Part shown: positions 1 to 13,400 of the stretch, piece by piece
Numbering within the stretch: the first letter of the stretch is position 1
How the letters are laid out: each line of letters starts with the position of its first letter
Assembly (NCBI GenBank): GCA_012295275.1
Contig: CM022667.1
Location: 18,786,001-18,850,000 of the forward strand
Origin: Chrysomallon squamiferum
Lineage: Eukaryota > Animalia > Mollusca
Length of the DNA: 64,000 bases
Direction of reading: 5' to 3'
Notes under the pieces: model-generated
Told to the model about the DNA's origin: nothing
What the model saw: only the letters and a program-made list of their open reading frames with translations
Databases searched by the model: none
Made by a program: the position numbers and the translations under genes

Positions 1-1215
1 ACTCTTAAATATACATATTTTCATAAAATATATATAAGCAGGGGAACACAGTTTTAATAACTGGAGGCAAGACACTATTTACAATTATTAATTGCAGTTG
101 TAATTTCACTGCTTGCCTGCATCACCGTTTAAAATGTTGTGTTCCGTTCTTAAGCAGAAACATTTAAATCTAATAAACTAAAAATATTGATCGTTGCAGA
201 TCATATTGTATCATAAGACCAATTCATTAAACATCGAAGAACACTACATCAAAATATGTTCGATATTCCTAAAGTAAGTAACAAACTGAAAAAAGGGTTC
301 TTTGATCACGATCACAATTCACTTCCTATATTAGTTCAAACAAAAATCTTCAGGATATTGGTTTTACTTTGGTTGCAAGCCAGTACTATCACAAAATAAT
401 CACTTAATGGCTTTGCGCGTTTTCTTCCAGATTTATCGATACTGATCGTATTTTACAACATATACAACACATTTTCTAATGATTTTTCTCACTAATGATG
501 AAAATAAACAATGAGGAGAGTAAATATTGGCACATTTTTGTTTGTTTTTTAATTTAACACACGGTTTCACTTTTTGTTTTTTAATTCTTGTCTCTTATTT
601 TCTCGTCTTCTAATATGTGCCTCAAACGAAATAATGTAATGGGCTAGTGTACACTTCTTATATTACTTCATGTATTGTCTTTATTATTATTAAAGACTGG
701 TTTCCTGTAACAAACAAAACAGTTTCGTATCTGTAAAGAAAAGATAATTATTTAAAATCACCGCTTCAAGTTTAACTAAATAATTGTAGAACTTAAATCG
801 TTTTTTTCATTAGAACGGTGATTTATAGCAAACATGGAGTAAATGCTCCTTTCATTGTTCCAGTTAAGATATATCCACAATATCATCAATGACGAATCCT
901 TTTCTTGTTGTTGTTGTTGTTCTTATTATTATTATTTCAGATTCAAAGAATCAGTGTTACTGTTATCATTTCTTTATTTTTGTAATTTTATTTGTTTATT
1001 TACCATGTATTACTATGAACTTTAAAGCAGTTTAACGATAATCAAAAAAAAAAAAAAATAATAATAATAATAATAATAAAAGAAAGTAAAAACAAAGAAG
1101 AAAAAAAAAAAAAAAGACAGAATAAATGAATCTAAAACAGCGCCATTAATAACAAAATAAAAGTATTTGTGTAACGTAAACAAGATCAAACATGGGAGTG
1201 CCAAGTTGTTCAGAC

Positions 1216-1246
1216 GGCGGGAATTTAAACCAATCAGATTTCGCCA
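1216..1246 (+). promoter_or_regulatory. Putative promoter cluster upstream of the FRAT-like gene: E2F-like, CHR-like and CCAAT motifs
   Basis: GGCGGGAA (1216-1223), TTTAAA (1224-1229), CCAAT (1230-1234) and TTTCGCCA (1239-1246) are packed into a short CpG-containing patch in very AT-rich DNA, about 340 bp upstream of the ATG. Confidence 0.4.
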
Positions 1247-1581
1247 CTAAATCGGGCCACAAAACAAAAACAAATTCACGGGAATGTGGCATGACATCTT
1301 CATGCGCTTTGTTTACCGTGGCTTTATTTTATTTATCTCTATATTATTGATCTGGTAGTATACCATATTAATGTAAAATGTGTTATAAAATTTGTATTAT
1401 GTAATTGTCAAATTAAATATTGTAAAATTTTCCTCAAACAGATTATAATGAGGAACTACATGTTATCGCGGAATTATTTATACAACGGCTCTAACCTTGC
1501 GGATGTAAACAAAGATTCATTCACTGGGTGAGCGTATGAGGTTGTACTGTTTACAAACGGGTTAGAAGTGAATTTTTCAAG

Positions 1582-2025
1582 ATGCCGGTGAAAGTTGAAG
1601 TAGAAAAGCCAAAACAGACATTTAATAACTTTCCTACAGATATTGATAATTTAGTTAAGGAGGTTCAGGAACGACTTTGTCTAAAAAAGAAAGGGAAATT
1701 ATGTGAGTACCGAACATTGCCGTATACGAAACCGAGCAAAACAAGCCGGCTGGCAAAATGGCGAAAGACCTGCTGCCATTGCCCATCACCGGTCTCAAGA
1801 AAGTATATAACGATGCAAGATAAATGTTCAGACAATTGTTGTGAACAATATTCGGATGAAAACGACCCACATATTTTGCTCCAAAAACTAATTAACGAAC
1901 AAACACTCATACAAGAGGCTGTTAAAAGACTAGGTTTGCAAAACAAAAGTAGACCTAAACATAAACAATTTTCATGGTCATGCTCGATGGATTCCGATTA
2001 CAATGCTGAAGGAAATCATTCATAA
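1582..2025 (+). CDS. FRAT: GSK-3-binding protein (FRAT/GBP family), intronless, 147 aa
   Basis: C-terminal DPHILLQKLINEQTLIQEAVKRL matches the FRAT GSK3-binding motif (DPHRLLQQLVLSGNLIKEAVRRL). N-terminal DIDNLVKEVQERLCL resembles FRAT EVDRLVAQIGETLQL, and RTLPY resembles the central R..PY motif. Single exon, as in vertebrate FRATs. Confidence 0.85.
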   Translation: MPVKVEVEKPKQTFNNFPTDIDNLVKEVQERLCLKKKGKLCEYRTLPYTKPSKTSRLAKWRKTCCHCPSPVSRKYITMQDKCSDNCCEQYSDENDPHILLQKLINEQTLIQEAVKRLGLQNKSRPKHKQFSWSCSMDSDYNAEGNHS

Positions 2026-3787
2026 TATTAGAAATGTATCAAGGAAAATGAAACGCTGTCGAGATACAAGATACATCTTAAGGACTCTTGAATTATTTCG
2101 CTATATAATAATATTTACATTTGGACGTTTGTATTATAAATCGAGTTATAACAATTAATATGTGTTTGTGATTCCGCGTAGTGACTGCATAACAAACAAA
2201 TAAAATAATAATAATAATAATTAACGTTACAAAAGACAGTGTTCACCTACCAGCATTTTTGTTTTTGTTTTATAGTCGAACGTACATCTAAATTAATAAT
2301 CATTATGAAATTACTAAATATGTCACGTGGTTAAGAAATTAGCCAAATATAACTAGGTCGTCAAGTTCATCACACCAATATTGCTAGAATAAAGGAGGAA
2401 GTAAAAATGTAACGATGTGGTTTTACATATGTTAACCAAGACCACTTTGTGACTTCATTCATTACTGATGAACTTTATGAATAGTTAATGCTTTCATTGA
2501 CAAAATTATAATTGACTTTGTAAGTGCTTGTTTATATTTTGTATGTTTTCATTAGAAAAAATTGATCATTTAATGATGACTTTCAGCTTTTACATTTTAT
2601 ATTTGAATTTTGTTTATGAAAGAGTATTTCTGTACATTTGATATAATTATCTAGTTAATACCTTGGTTTATTGTGTGTTTGTAATCACTAAAGATTCGGC
2701 TGTGCTAAATAAATTTGTTTAATTAAATATATTCTGTATTCTGTTTAAACTATATGTTTAACGTGTGTATCTGTGTCTGTGTGAGTTGTTTTTGTTTTTT
2801 GTCTATCAGTGTTTTGAGGATGACGAAATAAATAGCCTCCTTAAAATTCAATAAAAAATTGTGTAGAGATAATGGAACTAAGATTTCTGGTATGAAACTA
2901 GTGGACTCATTTTTTGTCTTTTAATAAAAAGGAAGAAAATCGAATATTCATAATTAATGGAATTTCAATTGTATTAACATGTATAAGGATATTTATGAAA
3001 ATTAATAAATTAAATAATAATCTGATTAAAAAACATCCATTGAGATTGTTTCTAAGCATATCAAATAGTGAATAAATTATTTACTAATCATAACAACAAT
3101 TTTTTTTTTATTTTGGGCCAAAATATACTAGTTTAAATATGACAAATGAATTAATTTTTTTTTTTTAAATTACGCTTATATTGTATTAGTGAGAATGCAT
3201 CTAAAACAGTTGCTTAAAGACCCATTTTCATTGCTAATAATCATTATTCTCATATTTCAGTAGATAAGAAAGTTGCAAAATAGCACAACTAAATATAATT
3301 ATGCTTTTACATGAACATACTCTTTTCGAGATAATTAAAGATATGTACATCAGAACAATACAAAGTAAAACGTTAAGTAATAAATCAAATGTTATTTAGA
3401 CATGTATTTGAAAATTTAAATTTTAATTTCTTATTTATTTTATTTACGATACAATTTTGTGACAATTCTTTTTAAAAATACTTATTAACTCAGTAAATTT
3501 TGAAATATTTGTTATTTTTGTAAGACAGTTATAGATGATGAAAACAGGAATTAAAACGTTTTGTAATCTAGATAATTCAGCCAGTAATACAACTTTTTAC
3601 TATATCAAATTTAAGACAATATGTTTCTTTGAAAAAGTCTTAATATTTAGAAGACACATGCTATGCATACGGTCCAGAATGATCCAGTTTTTTTGACGTC
3701 ATGTTTCATCATAAATTAATTATTCACATTACTATGATGTCTAGACTGTCGATTTCATTTTATTGAGGGGGTAATTTATAATAATAA

Positions 3788-3819
<32 letters not shown>

Positions 3820-6065
3820 GCATAGAACTTTCAAATTTCATTTTGTAAATTAACCAAAACAAACCGATAATAACTGATCCTGTAATAAATGGAGATAAAA
3901 ATATAAACTGTTCTTTCCTGTTACAAAAATACAAACTCCCTGATATGTGAATTTCTTTTGCCTCTTACATTATCTTAACTGAAGTCAAGACAGTTATGGA
4001 ATTTAGAAAAGGGAAACAATACAAAAATGAATGTCAGATGATACGTTTATTTCCAAAATAATGGAATTTAAAATAAATAAATAAATAACACTGACACAAA
4101 TGTTCCAAAAAAACAATGCACACTTTGTGTTATTTTTGAATGCCCTATTTCCTGTTCTTCGTGAGGCATTATGTTTCTGGATAGCCACATTAGAATATTA
4201 ACTTTTAACTTTTAAAAAGGTTTGAAACATGTCATAATATGAAACCTATTTTGTTGATAAAATGGGGATTTATTGTCTAGAAAATACCAACTTGTATGCA
4301 AAGGAAATTTGGTAACCCCCCCCAAAAAAAATGGGAAAAAAAAAAAAGATTTTCTTTTTCAAAACCGTAATCTCACATAATATATATATATATATATATA
4401 TCAAATGTTCAGCACCACAAATACTATCAATAACTTTACTGTTTCAGCTGATGCCAGCAGCAACTTTTACGGTTTAATTTAAATAAGACAACCAACCAGA
4501 AAAACAAAGTGAGATGGGGGTAAGAAAATGAATAGAAATTTAAACTTTCCTTAACCAAATACAGAAAATACATAAGAAATTGGCTCATTTAAAACAATCA
4601 AGGTTTTCTCTGAAATTTCAAGTGAGTTCTTGCAAATTAATCTAAATTCAATGAATAGCTGGAGACCTGAAACTAAGAACATTTGTGGCATACTAATAAT
4701 TATAACTACACAAATATAACATTTTTACATATACTTAAAAACAAAACCAACATGGAAAGTCTCATCTTTACATCTATTTTAATGAAACATGAAAAAAAAC
4801 AAAAAACAACAACAACAAAAACCCCCACAAAATCAACCAAACATAACATAAAAATCAGATGAACACAAATTTTCAGCACCATATTCCCAGTGATAAAAAG
4901 GTTGATTAGCAGTAGTAAATAAAATAGTGAATACATTTTAAATGTCACTGACTTGTATTTATATATATATAAAATAAAACTGAAATAAATTTAAAATTAT
5001 CTAGACTAGACTTTACCAATGTAGTGTGATTAAGCAGTTTTGCATAAATGAAGTACTTGGAACTGTCAAACTCTGGGAAGTTAATCTCAACGATAGTGGT
5101 TAAAATAAATTTAAAAGTACTATTAAGTTGTTCAAGGATGATTTTGTCTGATATTTTTATGAACTCATGGTTCTTATTGATAGATGTTTCAAATTCATTT
5201 TGTAGTCATTTCAATTTAGATTACTCCAATTCTCCTTTTTTTCAAAATATGTGGTAAATAGAACTTCTTGTTATTATCACCTATTCTTCAAAATAATTGT
5301 TTGTTTTTAAAAGGCTGTACTGACTGAATGTAAATTGTTATATAAAATATATTTAATCAAGTCTTAAGTCAAATTTAATGTAGATGATTTACAATCAGTG
5401 GCTGAAAAATGACATTTGAAAACAATATGAAGTTCATCTTTTTTCTGTTCCTGTTTTATTTTTTGTGCAGGCTAAATATGCATTATGGTCCATTAACTTT
5501 ACTAATGTTTTTAGTAATTAACTGTATTAATGGTAATTTTAAAACATACTTGTTATTTACTCATTAATTAATTAAATGAATGGTTACATCAGGTGGTAGC
5601 TGGCACTGGTTTCTCAGTAAAATGTTATTCATAGACAACATTTTTCTTATTAATGGTTAATTCTCTTGTTAATTGTTGTTATTTTGCTGATCTATTTATG
5701 AAGCACTGTCTACTCACAGTAATTATTATTTAAACCTACATCATAAATATATCAGAAGCAAAAGAACACCAACAACAGGAAATGTAAAAAGAATACTAAC
5801 TGGGAAACAACTATAATTAAAACAAATAATATGCTACAACATGTTTTTAGCAAAATATACGACTGAAAAAACAATAACAGAGCAGAACCTGCTGCCTACT
5901 GATTTACACACACAAAACATTTTTATCTAGGCTGGACTGGATGGCATGGTTTATATTTTAGAAGATTTTAATGCTGTTATCACAACAGCATGGTATATCA
6001 AACATAGGAAACTTAATTAAAGTCCTCAGTATATCAAATACTACACTTAATCAGTATTAATTTTG

Positions 6066-6113
<48 letters not shown>

Positions 6114-6600
6114 TACATATATATATATATATCTTTCAAAAAGATCATTTAATACTGGGTTACTGGTTATAAAATACACTGAAATATTAGGATTACATTC
6201 CCTTTTGATGAAAGAGGTAAGATAATTAACTCTTCAAAAGCAAAAATGCATTTCTGTTCAGAACACCATTTTTAATGATCTGAGTTAATTAATCTTGATT
6301 ATGTAACAAATTCTCACAGCTCAGCTGAAGGACAAAACAAACACATTTTATGAAAACAGCAATTAAATAACATCATTAATCTTGAATAATTTTCTAAATG
6401 ACTCAGTTATTTATAATAATATGTTATTACACACACACACACGTACGTTCAATCCTCCATTTAATGGACACCCTGTTTGCCAGATTCAGAAAACTTTTGA
6501 TTTTCTAGTTTTCTCATTTTTTTGGATCACTTAAACGGTGAGTTGACTGTAATTACCCCCCAACACACATATATATACTGACTTTGTTTTTCTAAACATT

Positions 6601-7414
6601 TTTTGTTTTGTTATCAACTGTCAAGTAATATTATCATCATGGTCATCTTATCAGGATTAATAACAGAAGCTGTCAATGTAATGTATTATACTGACACTAC
6701 TTTGCTGTATTTCTTATTGCCATAAAAATCTTGAATTATTACAGAAAAATATAAACATAATACGTTTTTCTGATGTTGTCGTACCTGAATCTGTTTATCA
6801 AAAAACCATAACCTATTATCAAAACTAATTTATTGTTCTCATATGTTTTCAATATACAAAGAAAACCACCAAACTGATATCAAATTATAACCTAATTCAA
6901 AATAAAATGCTACAAATGACAATAACCTTATTATTCCCTTAACCATGATAAAATAAATGAAGATAAATAAACTAAATTTAAAAATTATATAATTTAATCA
7001 ATTTATCCTTTTTTGTTTTGTTATCAACTGCCAAGTAATATTATCATCATGGTGATCTTATCAGGATTAATAACAGAAGCCGTCAATATATTGTATTATA
7101 CTGACATTACTTTTCTCTATTTCTTATTGCCATAAAAATCTTGAATTTGTATAGAAACATATAAACATAATACATTTTTCAGATGTTGTAACTGAATCTG
7201 TTTATCAAAAAACCACAAGCTGTTACCAAAACTAATTTAATGTTCTCATATGATTTCACCATACAAAGAAAACCACCAAACTGATATCAAATTATAACCT
7301 AATTAAAAATAAAATGCCTCAAATGACAATAACCTTATTATTCCCATAACCATGATAAAATAAAGGAAGATAAATAAACCAAATTTAAAAATTATATAAT
7401 TTAATCAGTTTATT
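6601..7414. repeat. Tandem duplication of a ~410-bp non-coding segment (2 copies)
   Basis: TTTTGTTTTGTTATCAACTG(T/C)CAAGTAATATTATCATCATGG starts at both 6601 and 7011. The copies stay colinear with scattered substitutions to about 7006 and 7414. Confidence 0.9.
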
Positions 7415-7859
7415 CTGCTGGTGACACTTTTTAATAAAAATTTATTTTAAAGAATGATCCATAACCAAATAATGATATACACAGTTATTTCTCTTTATGT
7501 CTGGTTTAAAATGGTTGAAAGAAGATGCAGTGATTCCATAAGTTACTGTTCAGCCACATTACAGAGATCATATATTTTATTTATTCTTGCCATTGATTTT
7601 AAAGAAGAAAAAAAATATATCTATATATATATAAAATGATTTTCTGAAGCCATCTTGAATCAGGTTTACATATATATCTGAGTAAATATTTTTACAGTAG
7701 GAACAGGTATACTTTCACAAGTCTTAAATTATATATGCTTTCTGAAAATTATTTTATTAGCAAAACATAAAGAAAAGAAGAATAGTCAAATGTAGTATTT
7801 TCATTCAGATAAATGCTGACCTTTTAGCAAAAACCTATGCCAAGAAAAGTGACATTACC

Positions 7860-8900
7860 ATCACAACAACTCAGATGAAAGAAGCATGAAGGGAACAAAA
7901 AGAAATGGAACCAGAGCTACACCATAAGATTCCATGATGAATAGTATAACTCTACCAGAACTTCAAAAGGTTCTCACACATCTACAAAATAAGAAATCTC
8001 CAGAACTGCTGAAACACCTAGATATATTGCACAATCCATGATGCTGGAACTTTTCAGCGTAAGCTGGTCTGAAGGCAAGGTACCCTAAATTTGCAGAGAC
8101 AGTCATGACACCCATACTGAAATTAATAACTGAAACAAAAGACCAGAGGCTCGAGATCCATCAGCCACTAGCTTTGTCTGCAAGACCCTAGAGCACATCA
8201 CCAACCTGGGAACCAAAACTGGACAATATAAAGATCTGCACAATGATCCACTACCATACCAAGTAAGCCATACAAATGAGCTCTGACATTAGCCATGATT
8301 GATGAACAGTATCCAGAGACATCACAGACACTAGTGTATACTGATGGATAGGCAACAAATGTAATGGAAAATGGAGGGGCTGGGATATACATCGTGGAAC
8401 CTACTACCACTGAGAGGAGGCACATTTTTCGAAAGGGAAACACTGCACAAATTATGGTACATCATCAGCATGAGTGAGCAAAACTGCTCATATGCTGTCT
8501 TCCTCATGAATGCTCTCACTGCTCTCCAAGCTCTTGAAAAAAAAAAAACCTAGATAGACTTTCAGCAGTGGCAACCAAATTGTGTTACAATGGATCCTGG
8601 CTCACTCTGAATACCTCAAAATGAGAATGCAGACAGACTGGCAAAACTAGGCGCAGGTAATGAACAGTATAATGACTGGATGACATACAAATATCTGCCA
8701 ACAAACCAATGACTGTTATCATCATGAACAAGTATGCTTCTTCGATGTGCTCCTACAGAGAAGCAGAACAGACAACTGAACTTGTCATCCAAGACTGCAT
8801 AAACCTACAGCAGTTCACAGAGACAAGCTGGACAACTACCATAACTCTCCAGCAGAAGCTGTATGGCAAAAGATGTGATTTACAAAGAACAGTATTATTC
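7860..8900 (+). mobile_element. Decayed non-LTR retrotransposon (RT-adjacent region and RNase H remnants, I/Nimb/Ingi-like)
   Basis: Frame-broken RNase H motifs VYTDG (~8334), NGGAGI (~8370), LQWILAH (~8585) and NENADRLAKLG (~8620). Upstream remnants resemble the pre-RT region (PELQKVLTHLQNKKSP). Many stops and frameshifts; boundaries approximate. Confidence 0.7.
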
Positions 8901-9420
8901 ATAGGCCGTAACCTGTTGTCAACAAACAAATGAAAAGAAGACTATATAATAAATTAAAACTAAACAAAACCATATTATTTCTAAATATCCAGGTAAAATA
9001 GATTTGTTCATTTTCAGTTTATTTCAAAACTGTTTATAGTCTGAAATTTTACTTTGAAACCTGATTAAATATCATTGCTAGCTATATTTGTTTCTCTTAA
9101 ATCAATTATAAAATAATGAGGATAGATTTATTGAAATAAAAACTCATTATTATTATTATTATTAACACAATTAAAGAATAATATTATGATTGAAAAAAAA
9201 AGAATAATAAAAAAATAAAGTTAAAAATAAAAATAAAACAAAATTAAAGAATAAAATTAAAATAATTAAATAATAAAATAAAATAAAAACCTTAGAATTT
9301 CTACAAAATAGCATACCGATTAATTTAACCCCAACTTTTAATAAATTAATTATTCTTGTTTCTTTGTTTTGTTTATTAGATACTGTGTACTGGAGAATTT
9401 TTCTTTCTGTCATGTTTTCC

Positions 9421-10408
9421 TCACTGAAGATTTCCAAATCCTTGCATGCTCTGAGATGTTCTCTGCTGTGAAAAACCTGTGACAGATAAACATAATCTAT
9501 AATTATATTAATTAGTTTTTATTTCAAGTTTCTGCTTATAATGGTTTAATTTAAAGTGAACATGTTAAATTATACTGTATTAGTTGATGACTGATTTATC
9601 TGAGGGCCTATAACAACACTAAGGCATGCTCTCCATCTGCTGATTTGGGGGTTAGGAATCTTTGATTTATATTATTGTGATATATTAGCCTAACACTGGT
9701 GCAATTTCCTAACACTTATGATAACTGGGACTAACCTGGAGCAATGGAAGGCCACATACTTCTAGTGGACATAGGGTCACTCCACTGCATTTGTACTGGT
9801 CGGTGTGTAGATGGCAGCTCTTCTGTGGTTTCTAGCAGTGGCATGTCAGAGTTAAGAAACTGGTTTGATTGAGACCAAGGTTTTAATGGCCATGTATTAA
9901 TGTAGCAGTTGTTCTAAATAATAAAATTTTATTAGACAATTGTTATAAAACAAAGTAGACAAAAAATTATAAAAAATTATAAACTATTGTAACTAAACTC
10001 ATGATCCATCAGCACCATTCAAATTTTTATAAATACAAAACTTCCAATAAACAATAAATTTAGTTATTAATTTTCAGTTAAAGAGAAAATATTATTATTT
10101 TGGAATTTTCCACCGATTCAGACACATTAGCTAACACTATTCTGTGTTTTACCTGAACCTCGAACCCAGCAAGATGAGAACTATTTTGCTTTCTTTTCTC
10201 TTTATCAAATTCATCATCACTGCTATCATCTCTGAAAACAATTAGCTCAATTAGTTTACACAGTTCAGACTGAAGTATAAAAACAATGTGCACCTCTAGG
10301 TAAATCTTAATTGTTTTAGTAATAAAATTATTAGCTACTGAATACTTATTTTAATGAGATTATTCCTTATAAAAAAATTGTTTTTATTATTTATTTATTT
10401 ATTTATTA

Positions 10409-10465
<57 letters not shown>

Positions 10466-13400
10466 ACTATGCTTGAGATATTAAAAAGAAAGAAAATTCA
10501 GTCAATCAAGGAATGTAGTTTTACATAAAAGAGAAATCTGAGCTTTCAAGCATCCTCACCAGCTTTTTTTTGGTTTACAATTATACTTTATTAACAAAGA
10601 CTGATATCACTAAAATCAAATTAAACAATGCAGAGAGATCTTTTGTTTGAAAAAATAAGGTCAGAATTTTCAAAAATCTTTTTTTCTCCAGCAAATCAGT
10701 TAACATTAGAAAGTCATTAAGAAAACATAACTGATAATTCATGCATTTAGGCCATCTGTTGGCATGCTTTATATTTCTGTATCTCCACTTTCACTCTCTA
10801 ATGTATTTATCATTTCAATTTTTATTTCTACTGAGAATCATGTGGTAATTTTAAAGCATGAGTGACACTGATGAATATCATAATTCTCAACTTTATTTCT
10901 TAATACTGTATTTTATGCTGGGTTTTTTAAATGATATTAAAAAAATAATATTTTTAAGAAGAAGAAAAAGAATAAATTGCTCTGATGTATTTAAAATCAT
11001 TATTACTGATGAAACTGACTTTGTTTCTATTGCTTGCACAAGGTCACGTCCTACTGCATAAAACTGTTCTCCACTTGATGAGTCATCACTAAGATCACTT
11101 GAATCTTGTACCCCTGACCAGCCACTTGTCACTGTCTCAGAACTGATTGAAATAAATATTAGAAATAACACTAAAAGACAGAGTTCTCCATTTAATGCTT
11201 ACTAAAATTAACACAATTATTACTCTTTATCAGTGAATAATAAATACCAATATTTTTTGCATAAACTGAACTTTAATTATTTTTTAACTAACATTTTAAA
11301 ATCTTAAAATGATGTAACAAATAATTTTGTTTATTTTGTTAAATTTAAAATATGTTTAGTGTAAGGCTAATTATTCTGTACAAAAAAAACAACTACAAAT
11401 TAGTTTTTAAAGTTGCTGATGAATGTACAGAATATTACAAAGTTAATTTAATTTACCATGGATTATTATTTTTTGTTTTTCTTTCTTTCTTTTCTATACT
11501 TTTTTTTTTTTTTTTTTTTGACTGCCAATAAAACTGAAAATCAGTTTGTATCCATTTTAACAATATTTGAGACACCATCGTGAATATCTGTATTTATTTA
11601 CCCTTGTTTATTTGGCCAGTCTCCATTGCCTTCACATCCTAACTGCACTGTAGAACTTTGTGTTGTTAAACCACTAGGCAGCAAGTATACAGAACTAGGG
11701 CAGTTTGTGTCAGGGAATGAACATCTCATTAACATAGTGGTTTCTCTCTGTTCTGGATACTGACGAGCAGTTAAAGGCTGAACTGTGGGTAAACTTGCTC
11801 TGTGCATGTTAGGCCAAGTATTCCTGCCCATGCCAGACAGGTCAATGCTGCCTTCAGAACACCGATGATGCTGGGCACGAGACATATTTGTTTCATCAAT
11901 GTGGATATCTGATGCTGGACTTGGCATTCGGTACGTTGGTGGAATAGTAAGGTTTTCTGGAATAACTTGCATAGGAGAACTGTTTGTGTTCACCCCAGAC
12001 AATAAGTTGATGACACTCTCCAGTTCTTCTTCAGTTGCAAGACCTGCAGTTAATATAAACAGATTTTCACTGAACAAAAGAAGAACCTAAACAAATTATA
12101 CAGCTTTTTGTCTCAAGATTAAGTTTAATATCTGTTAGTAAATGATATTAAAAGGAAAAAAATGTTTTAAACATTTTAATAAAACATAACAATATGCAGA
12201 CATTTATTTCACCTGCTGCTTTAGAAAAACTAGATGAACCTCCAAACTGTAAACTGCAGCCAACCACATTAATTCCTTGAATTCTACTGTTTTGAAATCC
12301 TACAGAGGAGAGGTAAGTCTGGTTGGCAGCTGTCATACAAGCTAAGTCATTATTGCCAGAATCAGTTGTAGAGCATGGAGAGGAGTTGTTTACTACTGGT
12401 GATGCAGCAGTTGTTGTCTGCAATCAAAATAGCAACAATTTAGATTTAATATGTAATAATAAGCTAAAAGCTGTAGGAAGGAAAAACTCTTAAGGGTCAT
12501 ATTGTTCATTTTCATTTTTTTAGGAAATGTAACAAATGGACGATTATTTTAAAAGGAATTTGAAATCTGTTTTTGGGTTGTTTGAGGTAGAGGTATGAAA
12601 TATGGTAGAATAATTGCCATGGTGAGATACAATTTTTTCTTATTTTTAAAATAAATCTTTTTTCACACTTACTTCAGCAGTTTGTAAATTACTATTACTG
12701 GTTGGGCTGCCAGCAGCCTGTTTTGAGTCTTCCTCCTTGATGCAGCCAGCTACATCATGTTTGATATCAACATAAAAGGCACTTTTCTGATCATCTGGAG
12801 ACTGCTTACGCTCAAACAATGACAGCAGTGATGACCGAAATGTTTTTGGTGTTTTATGGGAGACACCTCTGTCATCTTGTTTTGTTTTTGGACTTTCTTG
12901 TGATGATTTGGAGGGGCTGTTGCCATTAGATCGAGAATCAGACCTCAGACTTTCATTTGAGACAAGTATGTTGAGCAGCTGCTTCGTCATCTCTTTCTGA
13001 ATGTTGTTACCCCTCGTGTCACAAAGCCTTGTTACTAGAGCATCCAGCTTCTCATCACAGAAATGATGATAGCCTTTCTGCATTCTCAGAAACAACATCA
13101 AAACATGGCAATAGATCTGAAAAATAAAATGAAACAAACTATGAGCATGATTTAGATAACATTATTATTTATAAGGTTAAATCTGATTAATTGTTATTTC
13201 AAAAACTGATTTTTAAAGATCTGTCACATGTGTTTTTTACTCTCAGTCAGTATAAGAAATAATAATACCCAATAAAAAATGTTTAACTGTAATTTGAATA
13301 TTAAAGAAACTGAGTCATTGTAAATCATATCCTCTAGCAACCACTACAAACAAGTCAACTAAAATATCATAAAAGAAACAGATAAATACCAGTTTTCTAA

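Noticed and set aside
843-1204. Short hydrophobic or low-complexity ORFs here and throughout the introns
   Set aside because: Derived from poly-A/T and microsatellite tracts in AT-rich DNA, with no recognisable motifs.
1655-1946. Antisense ORFs overlapping FRAT, and similar ones opposite GPI and CNOT10 exons
   Set aside because: Shadow frames of real coding exons with no independent support.
6444-6551. Possible ~105-bp Tc1/Tigger-type MITE (right end ...GAGTTGACTG-TA)
   Set aside because: The left TIR is too degenerate to support the call.
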